DNA from: an uncultured Gammaproteobacteria bacterium
GTDB taxonomy: Bacteria > Pseudomonadota > Gammaproteobacteria > Steroidobacterales > Steroidobacteraceae
Direction of reading: 5' to 3'
DNA length: 64,000 nucleotides
NCBI GenBank assembly: GCA_963743995.1
Contig: CAVUSC010000001.1
Coordinates: 3,355 to 67,354, forward strand
Shown here: piece by piece, positions 29,722 through 38,076 of the stretch
Numbering within the stretch: the stretch's first letter is position 1
How the letters are laid out: each line of letters begins with the position of its first letter
Made by a program: the position numbers and the translations under genes
The notes under the pieces: generated by a model
Told to the model about the DNA's origin: nothing
Databases searched by the model: none
The model's input: the letters and a program-made list of their open reading frames with translations, nothing else

Positions 29722-31329
29722 CTAGAGGCTTGATTGGTCACCACGGGTGGTGGCAGTGTCTGCAGCTCCGACCTCGCCGCGGCGGATGGCCGCAGCGCGT
29801 TCGCTTATTGCGAGCTTCTGGCCGTCGTCCAGGCGGGCCACGTTCTTTATCTGCAGCGCCATGCGGGGGTTGGCGGTCAACGCAGCTTCGTGGCGCATCA
29901 GGAAATCCCAGTACAGCGTGGTGAGCGGGCAAGCCGTGTCCCCCGTGCGCTGCGCCGGGTCGTAGCGGCAGCCCCGACAGTGCGGGCTCATGCGCTGGAT
30001 GTACTTGCCGGTGGCCACGTAGGGCTTGCTGGCCATCAGTCCGCCGTCGGCGTACTGGCTCATGCCCACGGTGTTGGGCAGTTCCACCCATTCGACGGCA
30101 TCGACGTAGACCGCCAGGTACCAGGCGTGCACCTGCTGCGGCTGCACGCCATACATCAGCGCGAACAGGCCAGTCACCATCAGGCGTTGGATGTGGTGGG
30201 CGTAACCGTGCGCCAGCGTCTGTGCCAGGGCATCGCGCAGGCAAGCCATGTCCGTGGCGCCGCTCCAGTACCAGGCCGGCAGGTCTTCGTGCGCATCCAG
30301 CGCGTTGAGCGCGGCGTAGCCGGGCATGCGTGTCCAATAGATGCCGCGCACGTATTCGCGCCAGCCGAGTATCTGGCGCACGAAGCCTTCGACGCTGGCG
30401 AGCGGCGCCGCGCCCGCGCGGTACGCGGCCAAGGCCGCCGCAACTGCCTCGCGCGGGTGCAGCAGCTTCAGGTTCAGCGCGGCCGCGAGGTGCGCGTGGT
30501 AAAGCCATGGCTCGCCGGGCCACATCGCGTCCTGGTAGCGGCCGAACAGCGGCAGGCGCTCGGTGATGAACCGCTGCAGGGCCACGAGCGCCTGCTCCCG
30601 CGTCACCGGCCAGGCAAAACCGTCAAGCTTTCCCGGGTGGGCGGCGAAGCGCTTCTCGACCAGTGCGATGACCTCGCGTGTGAGCGTGTCGGGCTCGAAC
30701 ACCGCGCGCGGCGGCACGGCGCCGGGGCCCGCGGCGCCGAAGGCCTCGCGGTTGTCTTCGTCAAAGTTCCACTGGCCACCCTCGGGCTCGTCACCGCGCT
30801 CTCCGCGCATCAGCACGCCATGGCGCTTGCGCATCTCGCGGTAGAAGTACTCCATGCGCAGCGACTTGCGGCCTCGCGCGTGCGCCTCGAACTCGCGCAC
30901 GCTGCAGTAGAAGTGGCGGTCCTCGCGGATGTCCAGCGACAGCCCGTGCGCCTGCGCCACGCCCCTGATCGCCTGCAGCACCCGCCAGTCGCCCGGCGCC
31001 GTCATCACCAGGCGGGTGGGTCGCAGCTGTGCGATGTCGGCGTGCAGCTGCGCCTGCAGGCTGCCGTGGTTGTCTTGATCGTCAAGCCGGGTGCAGTGCA
31101 AGGGCCGGCCCGCAGCGCGCAGGGCCTGTGCGAAGTGGCGCATCGCCGCCAGGAACATCACCGTACGCGGCTTGCTCGACCACACATGCGTCGATTCCTC
31201 GGCCACCTCCGCCATCCACACCGCGTCGTGGGCGGTGTCGAAGCCGTCGAACGCGGCAGCGTCCAGGTCGAGCTGGTCGCCCAGCACGAGGACGAGGTGG
31301 CGCAGCTCACCCACGGGCACGGGCACCAT
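29722..31329 (-). CDS. cryptochrome/photolyase family protein, FeS-BCP / bacterial (6-4) photolyase type
   Basis: LVLGDQL N-terminus, HHIQRLMV. Cys pattern C..(~85 aa)..CRGC-x12-C matches the 4Fe-4S ligands of PhrB/CryB-type enzymes. Confidence 0.85.
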   Translation of the reverse strand: MVPVPVGELRHLVLVLGDQLDLDAAAFDGFDTAHDAVWMAEVAEESTHVWSSKPRTVMFLAAMRHFAQALRAAGRPLHCTRLDDQDNHGSLQAQLHADIAQLRPTRLVMTAPGDWRVLQAIRGVAQAHGLSLDIREDRHFYCSVREFEAHARGRKSLRMEYFYREMRKRHGVLMRGERGDEPEGGQWNFDEDNREAFGAAGPGAVPPRAVFEPDTLTREVIALVEKRFAAHPGKLDGFAWPVTREQALVALQRFITERLPLFGRYQDAMWPGEPWLYHAHLAAALNLKLLHPREAVAAALAAYRAGAAPLASVEGFVRQILGWREYVRGIYWTRMPGYAALNALDAHEDLPAWYWSGATDMACLRDALAQTLAHGYAHHIQRLMVTGLFALMYGVQPQQVHAWYLAVYVDAVEWVELPNTVGMSQYADGGLMASKPYVATGKYIQRMSPHCRGCRYDPAQRTGDTACPLTTLYWDFLMRHEAALTANPRMALQIKNVARLDDGQKLAISERAAAIRRGEVGAADTATTRGDQSSL

Positions 31330-31617
31330 TGGCTCGGCGGCAAGCGTTGGAACAGAACTTTACGTCGTTCCAGGTGCGGGCCCAGCGGCGACGCCAGGTC
31401 ATCGGGCGGCCGCAGGCCACGCAGGGCTTGCTGGGCAGGGCGGCTTTGTTGCCGCGGAATCCGGAGGTGGGCGGTGTCATCGACAATGCGCCAGGGCTGC
31501 AATTGCGTCGCGGCTGGATGGTCGAGCGTTCATGTTACCGGGGTTGAATTCAATGGCGAGTCATCCACAGGCAGCGTCGGCCATACTACGAGTTGCTCCC
31601 GCGATTCAGTTCCACCG

Positions 31618-31631
31618 ATGACCATGGTCAA
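31618..31631. promoter_or_regulatory. Crp/Fnr-type palindrome, box 1
   Basis: ATGACCATGGTCAA (TTGAC-N4-GTCAA-like). Confidence 0.4.
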
Positions 31632-31662
31632 ATGAGCCGTTGATGATCGAGTATGAATGAGC

Positions 31663-31676
31663 TTGACCATGGTACC
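31663..31676. promoter_or_regulatory. Crp/Fnr-type palindrome, box 2
   Basis: TTGACCATGGTACC. Shares the 10-mer TGACCATGGT with box 1, 45 bp away. Confidence 0.4.
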
Positions 31677-31687
31677 GAGAACGAGCG

Positions 31688-32155
31688 ATGGACACCCCTG
31701 ACCGGGCCTACATGCGTCGCGCCATCGAGCTGGCGCGGCAGGCTCAAGCGGCCGGCGAAGTGCCGGTCGGCGCGCTGATCGTGCGCAACGGCGAGGTGAT
31801 CGCCGAAGGCTTCAACCGTCCGATTTCCACGCACGATCCGACGGCGCACGCGGAGATGATTGCGCTGCGCGCGGCAGCGGCCCGCAGCGACAGTTACCGG
31901 CTGCTGGGTACGACGCTGTACGTGACGCTGGAGCCGTGTGCGATGTGCGCCGGGGCGATGGTGCATGCGCGCGTGGAGCGTCTCGTGTACGCCGCTGCGG
32001 ACCCGCGCGCAGGCGCGGCCGGGAGCGTATTCAATGTCGTGCAGAACCCAGCGCTGAACCACCGGCTCGACGTCGATTCGGGCGTCCTCGGGGAAGAATG
32101 CGGCGAGTTGCTGCGCGGTTTCTTCATCGCGCGTCGGAATCCACCGGCGCCCTAG
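31688..32155 (+). CDS. tadA: tRNA adenosine(34) deaminase
   Basis: HAEMIAL and EPCAMCAGA zinc motifs. Its stop overlaps the mltF stop in the palindrome CTAG. Confidence 0.92.
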   Translation: MDTPDRAYMRRAIELARQAQAAGEVPVGALIVRNGEVIAEGFNRPISTHDPTAHAEMIALRAAAARSDSYRLLGTTLYVTLEPCAMCAGAMVHARVERLVYAAADPRAGAAGSVFNVVQNPALNHRLDVDSGVLGEECGELLRGFFIARRNPPAP

Positions 32156-33552
32156 CGACCGTCCACACCGTTCGAGTTCAGTTCCGGCTCGGGAGGTGCC
32201 GCCCCCGTGGTCATCGACGTGCCCGCGACCTGCAGGATGTTGAGGTAGGCCTGCACGTTGTCGACATAGCGCACCGGCTCCCAGCCGCGCGCGTAGCCGC
32301 GCTTCGTCTTCGTGTACCAGCGCTCCTGGCTCAGCAGCGGCAGGAACTCGCGCACGTCCTCCCACCGGTCGGGATTGCGCCCTGCCTGCTGCGCAAGGAT
32401 CCGCGCGTCTTCCAGGTGACCCAGTCCGACGTTGTAAGCAGCCACCGCGAACCACGTGCGGTCGGGCTCCGGAATGCGGCGGGGCATGTCGCGCATCAGC
32501 ATCGACAGGTACTTGGAAGCGCCGAAGATGCTCGAGCGTGGATCGCGTCGATCGCCTGCCCGCATTCGCGACGCGGTGTCTTCGGTGAGTTGCATGAGGC
32601 CACGCACGCCGGTGAATGACACGGCGTGCGGGTCCCACTTTGATTCCTGGTACCCCATCGCCGCGAGCAGTCGCCAGTCCAGCGAGTGCTGCTGCGCGGC
32701 TTCCTGGAACCATGCGGCGTAGCTCGGCAACCGGCTTTGCAGGTGCTCCATGAAATTGCGCGAGAAAAGGTAGTCGAAGCGGTCGTCCTCGCCGTAGTAG
32801 CGGTCGAGCAGGGCAGTGATCACGCCTTCGTGGCGCGCGAGGACGAAGTAGGCATTGACCCGGTCGAGCAGGCTCGTGTCATCACCGGCGGTGCTTACCA
32901 CCCAGGTCAACGCACGTTCGGGCGACAGGTCGAGCGCGATCGCAAGTTCGGGGTGCACCGAGCGGTTCAAGGCGAATTCAGTCGAGGACGCGAGGGTGAA
33001 CTGCACCTTGCCTTGCGAGACGTCCGCCAGGATTTCCTCGGTGTCGGCGTCGTTGCGCTCGATCCACGCTAGGTCCGGGTACTTCAGCCGCAAATCCTCC
33101 AGCGTGCGTTGGTGTGCGCTGGCCGCTCCGACTTCGATCTGGCCACGGCCGGCGTCCGCGATGGAGGCGGGCCGAGCCGAGCGGCGTCGGTAGACCAGGT
33201 GCTCCCGGACGCGCTGATACCCCGGGCCGAACTGGACACCCTCGGGGAGGGCGATGCCCGTGGAGAGTCCCGCGGCTGCGATGTGTGCCCGGCCGGCAGC
33301 GACTTCCTCGATCGCAGCGTCCCGGGTCCGCACCGTATACAAGCGCAGCGGGACGCCCAGGTGCTCGGCAAACTGGCTGGCCAGGTCGTAGGCGGGGCCC
33401 TCCGGGCCGTGGCTGCCGAGGTAGTAGGCGTCCGGGCTGTTGCGGGTGACCACCCGGAGCTCGCCGTCGGCGAGGATTCGCTGCAACAACGGAGGCGGCT
33501 GGGCACAGGTGGCCAGCAGCAGCGTCGACAGCAGGGCGAGTAATACTTTCAT
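32152..33552 (-). CDS. mltF: membrane-bound lytic murein transglycosylase F
   Basis: Signal/lipobox LLLATC, SBP-like N-domain, SLT domain GYQESKWDPHAVSFTGVRGLMQL. ATG at 33552. Confidence 0.85.
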   Translation of the reverse strand: MKVLLALLSTLLLATCAQPPPLLQRILADGELRVVTRNSPDAYYLGSHGPEGPAYDLASQFAEHLGVPLRLYTVRTRDAAIEEVAAGRAHIAAAGLSTGIALPEGVQFGPGYQRVREHLVYRRRSARPASIADAGRGQIEVGAASAHQRTLEDLRLKYPDLAWIERNDADTEEILADVSQGKVQFTLASSTEFALNRSVHPELAIALDLSPERALTWVVSTAGDDTSLLDRVNAYFVLARHEGVITALLDRYYGEDDRFDYLFSRNFMEHLQSRLPSYAAWFQEAAQQHSLDWRLLAAMGYQESKWDPHAVSFTGVRGLMQLTEDTASRMRAGDRRDPRSSIFGASKYLSMLMRDMPRRIPEPDRTWFAVAAYNVGLGHLEDARILAQQAGRNPDRWEDVREFLPLLSQERWYTKTKRGYARGWEPVRYVDNVQAYLNILQVAGTSMTTGAAPPEPELNSNGVDGR

Positions 33553-33651
33553 GGGGTTAGGGCGGGCGGCCCGCCCCATTGTGCCTACCGGCGCAGGCGC
33601 GCGCGCGGGTGGTGCTGCGCGGCGGCCTGCTATAGAATTCGCGGCCCTCGT

Positions 33652-33744
33652 GGAGAGGTACCGAAGCGGTCATAACGGCGCCGACTCGAAATCGGATGGG
33701 GGTTTAATAGCCCCACGTGGGTTCGAATCCCACCCTCTCCGCCA
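33652..33744 (+). tRNA. tRNA-Ser (anticodon CGA), long variable arm, encoded CCA
   Basis: Acceptor GGAGAGG/CCTCTCC, anticodon loop CTCGAAA, variable arm TGGGGGTTTAATAGCCCCAC, T-arm GTGGGTTCGAATCCCAC. Confidence 0.9.
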
Positions 33745-33750
33745 CTAACA

Positions 33751-33784
33751 CTGGAACGCCCCGTCAAGGGGCGTTCCAGTTTGT
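33751..33784 (+). terminator. rho-independent terminator after tRNA-Ser
   Basis: CTGGAACGCCCC-GTCA-AGGGGCGTTCCAG followed by TTTGT. Confidence 0.7.
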
Positions 33785-34164
33785 GGCCCGAGGGGAGGGC
33801 TGAGAACCCACGGGACGTGGGTTCGACTTGCCGACCTTGCCATGCTGCACGGCAGGGACCGACGACGCGCACGGCCTCCTCGCGCCATGCCACCGGTGTC
33901 TGATTCGCGGGTAACGCCGGGCTGAACCAATGCAGAAATGATTCGCGCCTGAAATTGGTGCGTCGCCTCAGGTACTGCACAGTCATGGCGCGCGGTTCCC
34001 TTGCGCGAGTTTCTAAAACGCATTCAAAAGCATGAACTTAGCGCGAGCCGCGTGCGCGCTTGTAGGACTGGTTCCGACGTCGCCCGACACCGACAGCGAA
34101 GCGGGTTGTCACGGGTTCCTCCTCGGGTAGGCTTTGGCAAAAGCCGAAGACGCGGGAGGTCAGT

Positions 34165-34329
34165 ATGAAAGTCTGCCCAAATTGCAGGATGGAATCTCGA
34201 GGCGACGCCGACTGGTGCTGGCACTGTGGCTACTCGTACGAAGAAGCGGAGGCACGTGCGAACCCGGGCCCCGGTCCAGAGCAGGATCACGAAGAGCGGG
34301 ACGACCGCCAACTTGCGTGCAAGCGATGA
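34165..34329 (+). CDS. 54-aa zinc-ribbon protein (below the ORF-track cutoff)
   Basis: GGGAGG SD 7 nt before the ATG. MKVCPNCRMESRGDADWCWHCGYSYEE.. has CxxC-x11-CxxC. Acidic tail. Confidence 0.45.
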   Translation: MKVCPNCRMESRGDADWCWHCGYSYEEAEARANPGPGPEQDHEERDDRQLACKR

Positions 34330-34338
34330 GGCAGGCGG

Positions 34339-35628
34339 TCAGGTAACGGCGTCGGAAACCTGGTCGCGACCAGTGGCCACACGGTGATCCGGATCGATTA
34401 CGAACCAGCACGCGGCGGCAACGAATGCGAATACGGCGCCGATCACGAAGGTTGCGTTCCAGTTGCCGGCGCCCGACAGCGCACCGACGATCGGGGCCGA
34501 TACGATGCCTGCAAAATTGCCGCCCGTGTTGAGCACGCCCGTCGCGGCACCCGTGTCCGAGCGCGCGACTCGCATGGTTGCCGCCCAGTACGCGCCTTCG
34601 TTGAGTTCGATCATGAAGAACGTGGCCATCAGCGCGAGCACGGCCGCGTACGGTGCCGCGACGTTGATCGCAACCAGCAGCAGCACTCCAGCGAGCGGCA
34701 GCGAGATCAATGGCACCAGCCGGTAGCCCCAGCGGTAGCCGATCCTCGTCGCCATCCCGTCGGACAAGTAGCCGCCCACGCCGGCACCGATACCGGCACC
34801 GATCCAGGGCAGCATCCCCGCGAAACCGCTCTCGAGCCCGGTGAAATTTCGCTGCTGCACCAGGTAGAGGAACGACCACGTGCCGAGCAGGTAGAACACG
34901 TAATTGAGGCAGAAATACGAGAACGTCAGCAGCTGTACGTCGCGCTGGACGACGATGTGCCGCATGCGGGCCAACGTCATGGGCGCCGGCTTGGACATGT
35001 CGCGTTCGTCGAGCTCTGCGAGTTCAGCGAGCGTGACCTTGGGATGTTCTTTCGGCGTGTCGCGCCCGTACCAGGCCCAGGCCGCCGTGAGCAGTACGGC
35101 CGGGACCGCGATCCACAGCAGCGCGCCTTGCCAGCCGTAGTGCACGGTGAGGATGACGATCAGCGGTGCGGTCATCGCGCCACCGATGTTCATGCCGAGC
35201 GAGACGGTGCCGTTGGTGACGGCCCACTGGCGCTGGGGAAACCAGGTCTGCGACACGGCCGCGACCATCGGAAACACCGGGCCCTGCGAAAACCCGAGCA
35301 GGCCCTGTGCCGCGAGCAACGCGATGAACAATGCGGTGCCGGCAAGCACGACCGGCGCGAGTGGGGTTGCGATGGTGGCCACCAGCCCAACGAGGCCGAC
35401 GACCGTATACGTGAGACGCGCGCCGTAGCGCTGACCGAGGATGCCTCCAGGCAACTGCGCGAGCGCATAGCAGGTGGCGAACGCAGCGTTCAGCCAACCG
35501 ATCTGCATCTGCGAGAGGTGCAGGTCCGGCATGATGTTCTGCGCCGCGACGCCGAGGCTCGTGCGCTGCACGTACGACAGCATCGCGAAGCCGCACAGGA
35601 ACAGGAAGATGGTCCAGCGAACCTTCAC
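34339..35628 (-). CDS. MFS transporter (anion:cation symporter-like)
   Basis: 12 predicted TM helices, GGILGQRYGAR motif between TM2 and TM3. Confidence 0.85.
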   Translation of the reverse strand: MKVRWTIFLFLCGFAMLSYVQRTSLGVAAQNIMPDLHLSQMQIGWLNAAFATCYALAQLPGGILGQRYGARLTYTVVGLVGLVATIATPLAPVVLAGTALFIALLAAQGLLGFSQGPVFPMVAAVSQTWFPQRQWAVTNGTVSLGMNIGGAMTAPLIVILTVHYGWQGALLWIAVPAVLLTAAWAWYGRDTPKEHPKVTLAELAELDERDMSKPAPMTLARMRHIVVQRDVQLLTFSYFCLNYVFYLLGTWSFLYLVQQRNFTGLESGFAGMLPWIGAGIGAGVGGYLSDGMATRIGYRWGYRLVPLISLPLAGVLLLVAINVAAPYAAVLALMATFFMIELNEGAYWAATMRVARSDTGAATGVLNTGGNFAGIVSAPIVGALSGAGNWNATFVIGAVFAFVAAACWFVIDPDHRVATGRDQVSDAVT

Positions 35629-35655
35629 GCGTCACCTCCGCGAATGCGCTGGGCG

Positions 35656-38070
35656 TCAAGCACGCAGTTTCGAACCCGTCGGATCGTAGGGCGGCGCAAG
35701 CAGGATACGGGCTGGGCGTGATCGGCCCAGGATCGTGACCGACAGCGGCTCGGTCGTCGCGCACCACTGGGTGTCGACGTAGGCCAATGCAAGGCTCTGC
35801 CGAACATGATGGCCGTACGCCCCGGAAGTGACGTGCCCGATACGTTGACCTGCGCAATGGATCGGCTCGTAGGCCCTGGCGTCAGCGTCAGGTGCATCGA
35901 CCTGCAGCAGCACCAGTTTCATCTCGGGGCCGTCTGCTCGCGCGGCCAGGAACGCTTTGCGCCCGATGAAATCACCCTTGTCCGCAGCAACGAAGCGCTC
36001 GAGGCCCGCCATTGCCGGCGTGCAGGACGTGGAGAACTCGAGCGACCAGACGCCGTAGCCCTTCTCTAGCCGCAGGCTGTCCTGCGCACGCATGCCGATC
36101 GGTCGCATTCCCAACGGCGTGCCGGCAGCCAGCAGTGCTTGCCAGAGCGCGTGTTGTTGTGCAGCGCGAACGTTGATCTCATAGCCGAGCTCGCCAGTGA
36201 GCGAGAGGCGCGCCACCACTGCGGACGTCGGCCCGACGTCGATGCTGGCACACCCCATGAACGGCAGGCCGTGGTTGGAAACGTCGCTGCTGGTGAGCGA
36301 CGCGAGAATCGCGCGCGACTTGGGTCCCGACAGCGAAAAACCGAGCCAACTCTCCGAGAGGTTCTCGATCTCCACGCCCTTGGCGGGGAGGTGATCGCGG
36401 AACCAGCGCAGATGCCACTCCTGCAGGTAGTACGAGCCGACGAGCCAGTAGCGATCCTCGTCGAGCCGAGCAACGGTGAGATCGCCCATCAGGCGGGCGG
36501 CGGGGTTCAGCATCGGTGCGAGACGGATACGACCCACGGCGGGCAGGCGTGAGGCGAGCAGGTAGTCGAGCCATTTTCCCGCCTCGGGTCCGCGCACTTC
36601 GTAGCGCGCGTACACGCCCGTATCCAGCAGTCCCGCCGCCGTTCGTGTCGCCGTGACTTCAGCTGCGACGAATCGATCCGCCGGGGACCGACGCAACATC
36701 GGCGGTTCGGCGAAGCCCGGCTCTCCGGTCGCGAAGTACTGCGGCGACTCCATGCCCCAGACCACGCCGAAGCGCGCGCCGAGCGCTTGCTGCGCTGCGT
36801 AGCTGGGAGTGGTCTTGCAGGGCCGTCCCGCTGGTAACTCTTCGTTGGGATAGGCGATGACGAAACGTCGCGAGTAGAACTGCGCCGTCGTGTCGCGCAG
36901 GTAACGCTCGTCGGCGGCGAACTTGCCGTAGCGCGCGACGTCCATGCCGAAGATGTCCGTACCCGGGTCGCCCTCGACCATCCATTGCGACAGCACCTTG
37001 CCGATCGCGCCGCCCTGCGAAAAGCCGCCCATGCAACCGCACGCCGCCCAGAAGTTACGCAAGCCCGGCACGGGGCCGACCAGCGGATTGCCATCGGGCG
37101 TGAACGTGAAGGCGCCGTTGACCCACTTGCGGATGCCTGCGCGCTCCAGCGTCGGGAACCGCGCAAAGCCGATCAGCAACTCAGGGCTGATGCGATCGAT
37201 GTCCTCGGGCAGCAGCTCCATGCCGTAGTCCCAGTCGGCACCCTCGGTCTGCCAGTGCCGCGGGTTGCGTTCGTAGACGCCGAGGAGCACGCCTTTGCGT
37301 TCCTGCTGCAGGTACGTGCAGCCTTCGAGGTCCGTCACGCACGGCATCTCGTCGGGGCGCGCCAGCAGTTCCGGCAAGTCTTCGGTGATGAGGTAGTGGT
37401 GTTGCATCGGGGTGAGAGGCAGGTCCACGCCCACCATTCGTCCCACGCGACGCGCCCACAGCCCTCCGGCATTGACGACGTGTTGCGCAACGAGGGTGCC
37501 CTGTTCGGTTTCGACGAGCCAACCGTCGGCGTGCGGCCGCAGGCCCGTCACGCGGTTGCGCAGGATCACGTCGGCGCCACGCTTGCGCGCCGCGATGGCA
37601 AACGCGTGCGTCGAACCGTGCGGATCCACGGCGCCTTCGTGCGGGTCGAACAGGCCACCGAGCAAGCCGCGGGGATCCACGATCGGACACTCGGCCACGA
37701 TCTCGTCGGGCGTCGCCAGTCGCGCTTCGATACCCAGCGTCTGGTAGATCGCGAACTCCGACTGCAGCCATTCCCAGCGTTCGGGCGTGGTCGCAATGCT
37801 GTAGCCGCCGGGCATGTGCATGCCGACACTCTGGCCGCTCTCGGCTTCGATCTCCTGGTACAGCCCGATCGTGTACGCCTGCAGGGCGGCGATGTGCGGG
37901 TCGTCGTTGATCGCGTGAAAGCCGGCCGCGGCGTGCCAGGTGGAGCCGGCCGTGAGCTCGGCGCGTTCGATCAATGCAACGTCGCTCCAGCCCTTGCGCG
38001 TGAGGTGATAGAGGACGCTGGCGCCGACGATGCCGCCGCCGATCACCACGACGCGATAGTGGCTCTTCAT
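35656..38070 (-). CDS. FAD-dependent oxidoreductase fused to a GcvT-like folate-binding domain (dimethylglycine/sarcosine dehydrogenase family)
   Basis: VVVIGGGIVGASVLYHL dinucleotide fold, DAO-type body, C-terminal aminomethyltransferase-like domain. 804 aa. Confidence 0.85.
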   Translation of the reverse strand: MKSHYRVVVIGGGIVGASVLYHLTRKGWSDVALIERAELTAGSTWHAAAGFHAINDDPHIAALQAYTIGLYQEIEAESGQSVGMHMPGGYSIATTPERWEWLQSEFAIYQTLGIEARLATPDEIVAECPIVDPRGLLGGLFDPHEGAVDPHGSTHAFAIAARKRGADVILRNRVTGLRPHADGWLVETEQGTLVAQHVVNAGGLWARRVGRMVGVDLPLTPMQHHYLITEDLPELLARPDEMPCVTDLEGCTYLQQERKGVLLGVYERNPRHWQTEGADWDYGMELLPEDIDRISPELLIGFARFPTLERAGIRKWVNGAFTFTPDGNPLVGPVPGLRNFWAACGCMGGFSQGGAIGKVLSQWMVEGDPGTDIFGMDVARYGKFAADERYLRDTTAQFYSRRFVIAYPNEELPAGRPCKTTPSYAAQQALGARFGVVWGMESPQYFATGEPGFAEPPMLRRSPADRFVAAEVTATRTAAGLLDTGVYARYEVRGPEAGKWLDYLLASRLPAVGRIRLAPMLNPAARLMGDLTVARLDEDRYWLVGSYYLQEWHLRWFRDHLPAKGVEIENLSESWLGFSLSGPKSRAILASLTSSDVSNHGLPFMGCASIDVGPTSAVVARLSLTGELGYEINVRAAQQHALWQALLAAGTPLGMRPIGMRAQDSLRLEKGYGVWSLEFSTSCTPAMAGLERFVAADKGDFIGRKAFLAARADGPEMKLVLLQVDAPDADARAYEPIHCAGQRIGHVTSGAYGHHVRQSLALAYVDTQWCATTEPLSVTILGRSRPARILLAPPYDPTGSKLRA

Positions 38071-38076
38071 CGCCCG

